Source: an uncultured Bacilli bacterium (lineage in GTDB: Bacteria > Bacillota_I > Bacilli_A > RF39 > UBA660). From it: a DNA stretch of 64,000 nucleotides. Numbering within the stretch: position 1 is the first letter of the stretch; the number at the start of each line of letters is the position of its first letter. The notes under the pieces are model-generated. The model searched no databases and was not told the DNA's origin. It worked only from the letters and a program-made list of their open reading frames with translations. Position numbers and translations under genes: made by a program. The stretch covers positions 4,098 through 68,097 of the forward strand of contig CANRDL010000004.1 in assembly GCA_947629405.1 (NCBI GenBank). Direction: 5' to 3'. Shown one piece after another: positions 9,821 through 19,008 of the stretch.

Positions 9821-10804
9821 ATGGGAAAATTTAAAAGTAAGAAACGTAAAAAAAGATTTCTATTAAAATTTATTTTGATTATAAGTATATTTTATATTTC
9901 TTTTTTACTTAGTTTTAAATTTTTAAGTTCTACTTTTTTAAAGAAAAAAATCTATAATCAAAAATATGTTAATAAATTAGTTAATAATTCAACATCGGAT
10001 ATTATTAAAAAAAATAATAAGTCCGAAGATGTATTAACTATTCTAACTAATCCAGCCTTTTTACTTTCCAATAGTCTAAGCAATATAAGTGTAGTAAATG
10101 AAAATTATTTCTCAGATGATGATGATGAGGCTACTTATAAAAAATTAAAAAGTAAAAGTAGTTATGTGGAAGATACTAATAAAAGAGAAGTAAATAATCC
10201 GTTAATATATATTTATAATTCTCATCAGCTGGAAAATTATCAAGCGAATTATACAACTGCTTATAATATTACCCCCAATGTTTTAATGGCCTCATATTTA
10301 TTAAGAGAAAAATTATATGACTTAGGTATTGAAGCAATTGTGGAAGAAAATGATATTTCAGCGTATCTAAAACAAAATAATTTAAAATATAGCTATTCTT
10401 ATAAGGCTAGTAGATATTTTTTAGATCAAAAACTTTCTACTTATAAATCGTTAAAGTATATAATAGATTTGCATCGAGATTCACTAAAAAAAGATAAAAC
10501 AACTTTAACGGCCAATGATAAAAATTATGCTAAAACTTTATTGTTAATTGGATCTGATTTTTCACCTAACGATTATAATTTAAATTTAGCTGAAAGAGTT
10601 TGTAATTTACTTAATTCGCAAGTAAATGGTATATGTAAAGGCATTCTTAAAAAAGGAGGAAAAGGAAATAATGGAATATATAATCAAGATGCCTTTAACG
10701 GAGCAATGTTAATTGAAATTGGTGGAAGTGAAAATACTATAGACGAAGTAAGTAATACTGTTGATATTTTTGCTAAAGTTTTAAAAAATTTATTGGAGGA
10801 ATAA
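9821..10804 (+). CDS. spoIIP: Stage II sporulation protein P (SpoIIP amidase/endopeptidase)
   Basis: N-terminal TM. SpoIIP-type motifs IYIYNSHQLENY and IDLHRDS. TGGAGGA RBS 7 nt before the ATG at 9821; the track ORF begins at a TTG at 9806. spoIIP-yqxA-lepA synteny. Confidence 0.8.
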   Translation: MGKFKSKKRKKRFLLKFILIISIFYISFLLSFKFLSSTFLKKKIYNQKYVNKLVNNSTSDIIKKNNKSEDVLTILTNPAFLLSNSLSNISVVNENYFSDDDDEATYKKLKSKSSYVEDTNKREVNNPLIYIYNSHQLENYQANYTTAYNITPNVLMASYLLREKLYDLGIEAIVEENDISAYLKQNNLKYSYSYKASRYFLDQKLSTYKSLKYIIDLHRDSLKKDKTTLTANDKNYAKTLLLIGSDFSPNDYNLNLAERVCNLLNSQVNGICKGILKKGGKGNNGIYNQDAFNGAMLIEIGGSENTIDEVSNTVDIFAKVLKNLLEE

Positions 10805-10806
10805 CG

Positions 10807-11136
10807 ATGAAAACTAAAAAAGGTCATAAATTTTTCTTTTTTATCTTATTTGTTTTATTTATAATTTATGTTGGTCTTTATATTGCTAATATCAGTGGAT
10901 ATTATGAGGCTAAATTAAAAAGAAATACCTATTTAACAAATGAAGAAATTAAAAGATTTGAAGATGACATTAAACAGGGTAAAAATGTTAGTATTAATAA
11001 TTATATTTCTAAAAAAAATTATAATTATAACAATAAGATTTCCAAAGCAGGTCTCTTATTTTCTTCCGGGGTTGAAAAATTTATGAGTGATGGTATTATT
11101 GAAATTTTTGATGTTTTTAAAAAATTATTTACTTAA
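10807..11136 (+). CDS. Small membrane protein, YqxA-like by position
   Basis: 109 aa with one N-terminal TM. Occupies the yqxA slot between spoIIP and lepA. Sequence similarity was not verified. Confidence 0.45.
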   Translation: MKTKKGHKFFFFILFVLFIIYVGLYIANISGYYEAKLKRNTYLTNEEIKRFEDDIKQGKNVSINNYISKKNYNYNNKISKAGLLFSSGVEKFMSDGIIEIFDVFKKLFT

Positions 11137-11174
11137 AATAGCTATAAATGTTATTATAATTATAGGTGTTTATT

Positions 11175-12971
11175 ATGAAACAATTAAATATAAGAAATTT
11201 TTCTATAATTGCTCATATTGATCATGGTAAATCAACATTGGCAGATAGAATTTTAGAACAGACAAATGCAATAGATAAAAGACAGATGAAAGATCAACTA
11301 CTAGATAGTATGGATTTAGAAAGAGAACGAGGAATAACTATTAAATTAAATACAGTTAAATTAAATTATAAATATAAAGATGAAATTTATGAACTTAATT
11401 TAATAGATACTCCAGGACATGTAGATTTTTCATATGAAGTTTCTCGCAGTTTAGCAGCATGTGAAGGTGCAATATTATTAATTGATGCCTCTCAGGGAAT
11501 TGAAGCCCAAACTCTGGCCAATTTATATTTAGCGATGGAAAATAATTTGACAATTATTCCGGTAATAAATAAAATTGACTTACCTAATGCGGATGTCGAT
11601 AAAGTAGTTAAAGAGCTTTCGGATATTTTAGGATTTCAAGAAAATGAAATTATAAAAACTTCCGGAAAAACTGGGGAAGGTGTCAAAGATTTACTTGATG
11701 CTATTGTAGAAAGAATTTCTCCACCTAAAGGAGATAAAAATAATCCTTTAAAAGCTTTGATTTTTGATAGTTATTTTGATTCTTATCTAGGTGTAATTGC
11801 CTTAGTAAGAGTTTTTGATGGTACTATTAAAGTTAATGATAAAATAAAATTAATGCAAACTGGCAGTGAATTTGATGTTGTTAGTTTAGGTATTCATACT
11901 CCTAAAATGCAAGAATTAAAAGAACTTTCTGTAGGAGAAGTAGGATTTATTTCCGCTAGTATAAAAGATTTATCAAAAATTAAAGTAGGAGATACAATTA
12001 CAACTATTAAAAATCCTGCTCAAGAAGCATTACCAGGTTATCAAGAAATGAAACCAATGGTTTATTCAGGTATTTTCCCAATCGAGCCAAATAAATATGA
12101 AATATTAAAAGATGCTATGATGAAGTTAAAGTTAAATGATGCTTCATTATCAATTGAACCGGAAACCTCTGATGCATTAGGCTTTGGTTTTAGAGTAGGT
12201 TTTTTAGGCCTTTTGCACATGGAAATTATTACTACGAGAATTGAAAGAGAATTTGGCATTAATGTAATTGCTACATCACCTAGTGTAATCTATAAAATAA
12301 CTTTAACTAATAATGAAATAATATATATTGATTCTCCAAATAAAATGCCTGATAGGGTAAAAATTAAAAAAATTGAAGAACCTTATATTAAGACAAATAT
12401 TTTCGTTCCCAGTGAATATATTGGCGATATTATGAGTTTATGTCAAGATAAAAGGGGAAATTATAAAAATATTGAATATCTAGATTCTACTAGAGTAAAT
12501 ATTCATTATGAATTACCTTTATCAGAAATTGTTTATGATTTTTTTGATAAATTAAAAAGTTATACTAAGGGTTATGCTTCCTTTGATTATGATTTAATTG
12601 GTTATAAAGAAAGTAATTTAGTAAAGCTAGATATTTTAATAAATAATAATATTGTAGATGCTTTAGCTTTAATAGTTCATAAAGATTTTGCATATTCTAA
12701 AGGAAGAAGTATTGTTGAAAATTTAAAAAAGATAATTCCCCGTCAACTTTTTCAAGTCCCTATCCAAGCATGTATTGGCTCTAAAGTAATTGCAAGGGAA
12801 AATATTTCCGCCCTTCGTAAAAATGTTTTAGCTAAATGTTATGGTGGTGATATTACCAGAAAAAGAAAGCTATTAGAAAAACAAAAAGAAGGAAAAAAGA
12901 AAATGAAAATGATTGGTAATGTTGAAATACCTAATGAAGCATTCTTAGCTGTATTAAAAGATGAAAAATAA
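11175..12971 (+). CDS. lepA: Elongation factor 4 (LepA)
   Basis: G1 [10 protein letters not shown]3 DTPGH, NKID, and the conserved LepA C-terminal domain. The ATG at 11175 is preferred over the GTG at 11166. Confidence 0.97.
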   Translation: MKQLNIRNFSIIAHIDHGKSTLADRILEQTNAIDKRQMKDQLLDSMDLERERGITIKLNTVKLNYKYKDEIYELNLIDTPGHVDFSYEVSRSLAACEGAILLIDASQGIEAQTLANLYLAMENNLTIIPVINKIDLPNADVDKVVKELSDILGFQENEIIKTSGKTGEGVKDLLDAIVERISPPKGDKNNPLKALIFDSYFDSYLGVIALVRVFDGTIKVNDKIKLMQTGSEFDVVSLGIHTPKMQELKELSVGEVGFISASIKDLSKIKVGDTITTIKNPAQEALPGYQEMKPMVYSGIFPIEPNKYEILKDAMMKLKLNDASLSIEPETSDALGFGFRVGFLGLLHMEIITTRIEREFGINVIATSPSVIYKITLTNNEIIYIDSPNKMPDRVKIKKIEEPYIKTNIFVPSEYIGDIMSLCQDKRGNYKNIEYLDSTRVNIHYELPLSEIVYDFFDKLKSYTKGYASFDYDLIGYKESNLVKLDILINNNIVDALALIVHKDFAYSKGRSIVENLKKIIPRQLFQVPIQACIGSKVIARENISALRKNVLAKCYGGDITRKRKLLEKQKEGKKKMKMIGNVEIPNEAFLAVLKDEK

Positions 12972-12975
12972 ATTA

Positions 12976-13004
12976 TTGACATTAAATATTTGAAGTGGTA
13001 TTAT
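12976..13004 (+). promoter_or_regulatory. Sigma-A-type promoter (TTGACA-17-TATTAT with TG extension)
   Basis: TTGACA at 12976-12981, a 17-nt spacer ending in TGg, and TATTAT at 12999-13004. Upstream of the 13042 ORF. Confidence 0.5.
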
Positions 13005-13041
13005 TAAAAAGCGTTTTTAAAAAAAGAAAGGAAGAAACTTG

Positions 13042-13407
13042 ATGAATCATAACACAATTAATCCCCAAACTATTTTAAATTTAGACGAAAATTACACTTC
13101 ACATGAATTGATGACTAAATATCTTATAACTTTATCAAAATATTTACCTAAAGATAATATTAATAATGATGTTTATAATGAAAATATATTTTTAATTAAT
13201 CGATCTTTTATATTATTAGCACCAAATTTTGGTTTTAAAGAAATTGATAGTCAAAGATATAAAATTTTTATGAATTATTTAGGTAATTTTATTATAAAAT
13301 ATTATGAATATAGAGTTCATAAAAATGATAATTATTTTGAATCAACTATGAAACAATTTAGCTATATTTACAAAAAAGTTAAAATGAATAAAAATAATAC
13401 TAAATAA
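13042..13407 (+). CDS. Hypothetical protein
   Basis: 121 aa. AAAGGAAG RBS. No recognisable motif. Has its own promoter and terminator. Confidence 0.45.
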   Translation: MNHNTINPQTILNLDENYTSHELMTKYLITLSKYLPKDNINNDVYNENIFLINRSFILLAPNFGFKEIDSQRYKIFMNYLGNFIIKYYEYRVHKNDNYFESTMKQFSYIYKKVKMNKNNTK

Positions 13408-13428
13408 AAAAAATTTAGTATTATTTTT
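13393..13428 (+). terminator. Rho-independent terminator
   Basis: 13-bp stem AATAATACTAAAT / ATTTAGTATTATT with an A7 loop, then TTT. Overlaps the stop codon at 13405-13407. Confidence 0.6.
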
Positions 13429-13482
13429 AATTAGCATAGAATATTTATTTAATTTTTGCTATAATTTAATTAGGTGATAAAA

Positions 13483-13881
13483 ATGTCTTTTAAAAGAAGT
13501 GAACTTAGAGAAAAAATAATGATAATTTTATATCAAATAGATATAAGAAGAAAAGAAAAATTAGATATTAAAATAGATGAAATAATTAAAGATAATATTG
13601 ATATTGATAATGAATTTGTCAAAGAAATAGTCTATGGAGTAGAAACTCATCGGAATGAAATAGATAGTCTTGCTAATAAATATTTAAAAGATTGGACTAT
13701 AGATCGTATTGATTTAACTGGAGCAGAAATTTTAAGAATTGCTCTTTATGAAATAAAATATACGGAAACCCCTGATATTGTAGTTATTAATGAAGCAATT
13801 GAACTGGCTAAAAAATACAGTGATGAAGCAATTTTTAAAATAATTAACGGGGTATTAGATAAGGTGATTAACAATGAATGA
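13483..13881 (+). CDS. nusB: Transcription antitermination factor NusB
   Basis: About 132 aa. NusB-like (RELREKIMIILYQ...INEAIELAKKY). nusB-xseA-xseB synteny. Extended -10 TGCTATAAT upstream. Confidence 0.88.
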   Translation: MSFKRSELREKIMIILYQIDIRRKEKLDIKIDEIIKDNIDIDNEFVKEIVYGVETHRNEIDSLANKYLKDWTIDRIDLTGAEILRIALYEIKYTETPDIVVINEAIELAKKYSDEAIFKIINGVLDKVINNE

Positions 13882-15067
13882 TAATTATCAAACAATAACT
13901 GAATTTACCAGAAAATTAAAGCTTAAGTTTGATAATGATTTAGAATTAAAATATGTTTTTTTAAAAGGTGAAATTTCTAATTTTAAAGCTCATAGCCGCG
14001 GTCACTATTATTTTTCTTTAAAAGATGATAATGCTAAGATAAATGCTATAATGTTTTCATTTCAAACTAGAAATATAAATTTTTTACCAAAAGATGGTAT
14101 GAAAGTATTTGTTGAAGGAAAAATCAGCGTATATGAAGCTTCGGGAAGTTATCAAATATATGTAGAAAAAATGTATGAAGATGGCGTAGGCGATTTATAT
14201 AAAAAATATGAAGAACTTAAGAAAAAATTAGCCAATTTAGGAGTTTTTGATGATAAATATAAGAAGCCTATTCCTAAATATCCAACCAACATTGGTGTAA
14301 TTACAGCTCCAACTGGTGCAGCGATAAGAGATATTTTAAGTACAATTAAAAGAAGATATAATATTTGTAATACTTATTTATTTCCTGCCCTTGTTCAAGG
14401 TGATGGGGCAAAAGAAAGTATTGTAAAACAAATTAAAAATGCTGAAAAAAATAATCTTGATGTAATAATATTAGGTCGAGGTGGAGGTTCAATTGAAGAT
14501 TTGTGGGCCTTTAATGAAGAAATTGTCGCAAGAGCAATTTTTGATTGTAAAATTCCTATAATAAGTGCAGTTGGTCATGAAGTTGATTTTACAATTGCTG
14601 ATTTTGTTGCTGATTTAAGAGCACCAACTCCAACGGGAGCGGCAGAAATGGCTGTACCTAATATTAATGATGTAAGATTTCATATTGAAACATTAGAAAA
14701 TATGTTAAATAAAAATATTTATAATTTATTTAAAAGTAAACAAGAAAAATTAGATTATATATTAAACTCATATATTTTAAAAAATCCTTTAAGTTTATAT
14801 GAAATAAAAGAACAGAAATTATCTGTGACTTTGGAAAATTTACAATTAAATATTAAAAATGTTTTAAAAAATAAAACTCATAATTTTGAATTATTAAATA
14901 GTAAATTGCAAATTTTAAATCCACTAGCTATATTAAATAAAGGTTACAGCGTAGTCTTTAAAGATGGTGAAATAATTAAGGATACTAAAAAAATTAAAAT
15001 AGGTGATGAAATTAAAATAAGATTTTCTAAAGGTAATTTAAAAGCAGAAGTAAAGGAGAAGGAATAA
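13874..15067 (+). CDS. xseA: Exodeoxyribonuclease VII large subunit
   Basis: 397 aa. OB-fold N-terminus (GEISNFKAHSRGHYYFSLKD), core GRGGGSIEDLWAFNEE, and AVGHEVDFTI. Confidence 0.95.
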   Translation: MNDNYQTITEFTRKLKLKFDNDLELKYVFLKGEISNFKAHSRGHYYFSLKDDNAKINAIMFSFQTRNINFLPKDGMKVFVEGKISVYEASGSYQIYVEKMYEDGVGDLYKKYEELKKKLANLGVFDDKYKKPIPKYPTNIGVITAPTGAAIRDILSTIKRRYNICNTYLFPALVQGDGAKESIVKQIKNAEKNNLDVIILGRGGGSIEDLWAFNEEIVARAIFDCKIPIISAVGHEVDFTIADFVADLRAPTPTGAAEMAVPNINDVRFHIETLENMLNKNIYNLFKSKQEKLDYILNSYILKNPLSLYEIKEQKLSVTLENLQLNIKNVLKNKTHNFELLNSKLQILNPLAILNKGYSVVFKDGEIIKDTKKIKIGDEIKIRFSKGNLKAEVKEKE

Positions 15068-15303
15068 TGGAAGAAAAAAAGATTAATTTTGAAACAAATT
15101 TAGAAGAATTGGAAAAAATTGTTAAAGAACTGGAAAATGGCGATGTATCAATCGACGATGCTATTGAAAAGTACACTAAGGCAATGAAACTTGCTAAAAG
15201 TTGTAGTGACAAATTAAATGAAGCCAATGAATCAGTAAGTAAAATCTTAAAAGAAGATGGTACTTTTGAAGATTTTCAAGAAATGGAAGAAAATGATAGA
15301 TAA
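15067..15303 (+). CDS. xseB: Exodeoxyribonuclease VII small subunit
   Basis: 78 aa. FETNLEELEKIVKELENGDVSIDDAIEKYTKAMKL is typical of XseB. Its start overlaps the xseA stop (TAATG). Confidence 0.9.
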   Translation: MEEKKINFETNLEELEKIVKELENGDVSIDDAIEKYTKAMKLAKSCSDKLNEANESVSKILKEDGTFEDFQEMEENDR

Positions 15304-15328
15304 TATGAAAAATATTATCTTTTTATTT
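15298..15328 (+). terminator. Rho-independent terminator of the nusB-xseAB unit
   Basis: AGATAATAT-gaaaa-ATATTATCT followed by TTTTATTT. Overlaps the xseB stop. Confidence 0.65.
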
Positions 15329-15359
15329 ACATAAAAAATTTAAAACTTTCCACAAAAAC

Positions 15360-15388
15360 TTGACTGGGGGGGGGACCTATTATATAAT
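15360..15388 (+). promoter_or_regulatory. Consensus sigma-A promoter with a G9 homopolymer in the spacer
   Basis: TTGACT (15360-15365), a 17-nt spacer whose first nine bases are G (15366-15374), then TATAAT (15383-15388). Lies 27 nt upstream of the ATG at 15415. Confidence 0.7.
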
Positions 15389-15414
15389 GCAACTAAGAAG
15401 GGAAGTAATAAAAA

Positions 15415-16623
15415 ATGGGATTTATTAAATCCTTTGGTGGAGCATTAGGTGGAACTTTTGCAGACCAATGGAAAGATTTTTATGCACCAAAACCTGGTGT
15501 ACCAGCAACTGCTGGATTATTTCCAGCTGTACCACAGGGTACTAATGCTGGAAGAGGTGAGAACACAAAAAGTTCTGAAAATATAATTACAAATGGAAGT
15601 AAAATTGTTGTACCAGAAGGAACAGCATTAATTACAATTCAAAATGGTCAAATTACAGGTTTAATTGCCGAACCAGGCGGATTTGAATTTAGATCTGATG
15701 ACCAAAATTCACAATCTATGTTTGCTGGTGATGGAATGTTTTCATCTACTCTAAAAACATCTTGGGAAAGATTTAAATTTGGTGGACAACCAGGGACTCA
15801 ACAATTAGCATTTTATGTAAATTTAAAAGAGATTCCTAATAATAAATTTGGTACACAATCGGAAATTTATTGGGATGATGCTTACTTTGGAACTCAAGTA
15901 GGAGCAGTTACTAGAGGTACATATACTTTAAAAATTGTAGATCCACTATTATTTGTTAAAAATTTTGTACCGGCAACTTATTTGCAACCTAATTCACCAG
16001 TATTTGATTTTGCGGATATGGATAATGATGCAGGTAATCAATTATTTAACGAAGTAGTTGGTACTTTATCAGCAGCTTTTTCCAATTACACAAATGATCC
16101 TAGTAAAGGAAATCGTATTTCAAAAATTCAAGGAGATCAAATTGGTTTTGCTCAAGCAATGGCTCAAGCTGTCGAAGATGCTTATCACTGGAAAACAGAA
16201 CGTGGTTTAGAAATTGTAAAAACTGCAATTTTATCTATTGAATATGATGAAGATACTAAAGAATTAATGAAAGATGTTAAAAAGGCAGATGCATTATCAG
16301 GAGCAAGAGGTAATGCTTTTATGCAACAAGCTGCTGCAAGAGGTATGCAAGCTGCTGGAGAAAATGGTGGAGGAGCTAGTATGGCTTTCATGGGAATGGG
16401 CATGAATGCTGCTAATGGAATGATGGGAGCAACCCAACAACAACCAACTCAATCATCATATCAACCTGGATTTGGGCAAACGCAACAACCCGCTGCTCAA
16501 ACCCAAAATTCTAATGAACAAGACCCAATGACAATTTTAAGCGAAAAGAAAAAATTATTAGATGCTGGTCTAATCACTCAAGAAGATTATGATAAATTAA
16601 AAAATCAATTATTGGGAATTTAA
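15415..16623 (+). CDS. SPFH-related 'virion core protein'-type (COG4260/YdjI-like) protein with A/G/M/Q-rich linker and C-terminal SHOCT domain
   Basis: 402 aa. Core resembles the YdjI-type SPFH family (GSKIVVPEGTALITIQNGQI...FYVNLKEIPNNKFGT...GTYTLKIVDPLLF). C-terminal LSEKKKLLDAGLITQEDYDKLKNQLL is a SHOCT motif. GAAGGGAAG RBS. Confidence 0.65.
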   Translation: MGFIKSFGGALGGTFADQWKDFYAPKPGVPATAGLFPAVPQGTNAGRGENTKSSENIITNGSKIVVPEGTALITIQNGQITGLIAEPGGFEFRSDDQNSQSMFAGDGMFSSTLKTSWERFKFGGQPGTQQLAFYVNLKEIPNNKFGTQSEIYWDDAYFGTQVGAVTRGTYTLKIVDPLLFVKNFVPATYLQPNSPVFDFADMDNDAGNQLFNEVVGTLSAAFSNYTNDPSKGNRISKIQGDQIGFAQAMAQAVEDAYHWKTERGLEIVKTAILSIEYDEDTKELMKDVKKADALSGARGNAFMQQAAARGMQAAGENGGGASMAFMGMGMNAANGMMGATQQQPTQSSYQPGFGQTQQPAAQTQNSNEQDPMTILSEKKKLLDAGLITQEDYDKLKNQLLGI

Positions 16624-16626
16624 TTT

Positions 16627-18135
16627 ATGCAAAATAGTTATAGTGAAAATATAGTTCCTACAAATAACAATAATAACCAATCTAATGCCTCTACTATCAT
16701 TAAAACTGATTTAGGCGCTAAGGATGGTCAAAATAAATGTCCAAAATGTGGTTCTACGGATATATCTTTAAATGTTAATAATGGAAAATTAAGGTGCAAT
16801 TTTTGTAGACATGAATTTGAACCAGAAAAATTAGATAACATGCAACAAGATTTGAGTCAGTTACAAGGACAAGTGATGGGCTCTGGAGCTACTGATATTG
16901 TTGCTGATACTAAAGATATCGTGACTTTTAAATGTAGTAGTTGTGGGGCTGAAATAGTAATTGATACTGCTTCATCTACTCAAGCCAGATGTCATTGGTG
17001 TCGAAATATATTATCAGTAAATCAACAAATTTCAAATGGAAGTATACCTGATGTTGTATTACCATTTGGTATATCTAAAGATGAAGCTAAAATTGAAATT
17101 GAAAAATTTGTTGGTAAAAGAAAATTTTTTGCTCATCCTAAATTTAAACAAGAATTTACAACAGATAATATAATGGGTGTATATTTACCTTACATGATAA
17201 TTGATGCAAATGCTCATGTTAATCTCGTTGGAAATGGAGAACATTTAACAAGAACATATTATCGTGGCAGTGGAGAAAATAGAAGCACTTATTATGATGC
17301 TGATCTTTATCATGTAGAAAGAGAATTTGATTTAATAATCCAAGGTCTAACGGTTGAATCAAGTACAGAAAAATTAAATAATTCATCAGCAAATGCAACA
17401 AATAATGTTATTAATGCCATAATGCCATTTGATTTAGAAAATTGTGTTAAATTTAATGCAAATTATTTGAAAGGTTATACTTCAGAAAAGCGTGATATAA
17501 ATATTGACCAGTTAAGGCCTTTAGTAGATAAACAATCTAAAGATATAGCAAAATTTGCAGCTAACAATACTTTAAAACAATATGATCGTGGAGTTGCTTG
17601 GCATAATGAACAGCTTGATGTAAAAGGACAACAATGGAAAGCGGCATATTTACCAGTTTGGCTATATAGCTATTTACAAGTAAGTGGCGAAAAGAAAGTA
17701 TTACATTATGTTGCCGTAAATGCAAGAACTAAAGAAACAATGGGAAGTGTACCTATACATATTCCAAAATTATTAGGTATTTCCTTCTTAGTGGAAATTT
17801 TAGGGATTATAGCAATGTTATTTATAGATTTTGATTATAATTGGGCTTTTTTACTTGCAGGATTTATCTACTTCTTTGTAATGTTTACTCGTTATCGTAA
17901 TTCAAATGCCAGACATAAATATGAAACAGAGACAAAAACTAATTTAACTAATTTACGAAAAATTGATAATTTTATTAAAACGGAAACAGGATTAACAAAT
18001 TCGAGAATAAATGGAGCAAATAATACTTCGATAAGTGGTCAAGGATTAGGTAGTCAAATATTAAACTCATTTGTAGATCAAAATCCAGTTGCTAATTTAA
18101 TTAAAGATAGCACAAATCAGAAAGGAGAAAAATAA
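16627..18135 (+). CDS. YdjG-like TFIIB-type double zinc-ribbon protein with C-terminal TM hairpin
   Basis: 502 aa. Two ribbons (CPKCGS...CNFCRH and CSSCGA...CHWCRN), a globular domain of about 250 aa, two adjacent TM helices (ISFLVEILGIIAMLFIDFDYNWAFLLAGFIYFFVMF), and a polar tail. Confidence 0.6.
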   Translation: MQNSYSENIVPTNNNNNQSNASTIIKTDLGAKDGQNKCPKCGSTDISLNVNNGKLRCNFCRHEFEPEKLDNMQQDLSQLQGQVMGSGATDIVADTKDIVTFKCSSCGAEIVIDTASSTQARCHWCRNILSVNQQISNGSIPDVVLPFGISKDEAKIEIEKFVGKRKFFAHPKFKQEFTTDNIMGVYLPYMIIDANAHVNLVGNGEHLTRTYYRGSGENRSTYYDADLYHVEREFDLIIQGLTVESSTEKLNNSSANATNNVINAIMPFDLENCVKFNANYLKGYTSEKRDINIDQLRPLVDKQSKDIAKFAANNTLKQYDRGVAWHNEQLDVKGQQWKAAYLPVWLYSYLQVSGEKKVLHYVAVNARTKETMGSVPIHIPKLLGISFLVEILGIIAMLFIDFDYNWAFLLAGFIYFFVMFTRYRNSNARHKYETETKTNLTNLRKIDNFIKTETGLTNSRINGANNTSISGQGLGSQILNSFVDQNPVANLIKDSTNQKGEK

Positions 18136-19007
18136 TGAATTGTTCAAATTGTGGTACATATAACAATCCTCAATCAAAAGTTTGTATTAAATGTGGTAAT
18201 ATTTTAAATGCTGATAATCTAAATCAACCAACTGAATTAGATAAAAATATTAATTCACAACTAAATTATCAACAACTACCCCAAAATCAAATGCAACAAC
18301 CAATAAATCAGCAACCAATAAATAATGTACAAACAGTTCAATCTGCTAATGTCAGTACATCACCTTTAAATTATCTTAAATATTTAATTACTATATTACT
18401 CAAGCCATTTCAATGTTATAAGGAGGAAGAGAGTAAACTGAATAATGGAAAAAACTCTATTATACTAACATTGATTATTACGGTAATTATGACATTATTA
18501 AATTTGATTCAAACGATTATATCTACTGTAAGAGTAGTAAATTATAGTTGGACAGAAAAAAATACTTATACATGGCAATGGGACAATTTAAAAAACATAA
18601 ATTGGTTAGAAGTTATTGGTAAAAACTTTTTAATTTATATTTGTATTATTTTAGCTATTACTATTGTTTTCTATTTAGGAAGTTTAGTAGTAAAAAAACA
18701 ATTAAGTTTTATTAAATCATTATCTATATCAGCAACTTCTGTTATTCCAGCAGTATGGGGTACAATGATTTTATCACCAATATTTGGAATGATTTGGGAT
18801 AAATTAAGTTTTGTATTTATGATTATTGGTTTTATATATTCTTTAATAATATTATATGAATTTATAAATAGTGAATTAAATTTAGAAAGGGACAAAAAAA
18901 TATATTTTAATCTTATTTGCTTCGGGATACTTATTATTGCTGGATATTATGCTTATATGAAACTATTTATGAGCGGATTAGATAGTATTTTAGGATTACT
19001 TAAATAA
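18135..19007 (+). CDS. N-terminal zinc-ribbon, Q-rich linker, polytopic (Yip1-like?) membrane protein
   Basis: 290 aa. MNCSNCGT...CIKCGN ribbon, Q/N/P-rich linker, then about 5 TM helices. Its start overlaps the upstream stop (TAATG). AAAGGAGAA RBS. Confidence 0.6.
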   Translation: MNCSNCGTYNNPQSKVCIKCGNILNADNLNQPTELDKNINSQLNYQQLPQNQMQQPINQQPINNVQTVQSANVSTSPLNYLKYLITILLKPFQCYKEEESKLNNGKNSIILTLIITVIMTLLNLIQTIISTVRVVNYSWTEKNTYTWQWDNLKNINWLEVIGKNFLIYICIILAITIVFYLGSLVVKKQLSFIKSLSISATSVIPAVWGTMILSPIFGMIWDKLSFVFMIIGFIYSLIILYEFINSELNLERDKKIYFNLICFGILIIAGYYAYMKLFMSGLDSILGLLK

Positions 19008-19008
19008 T

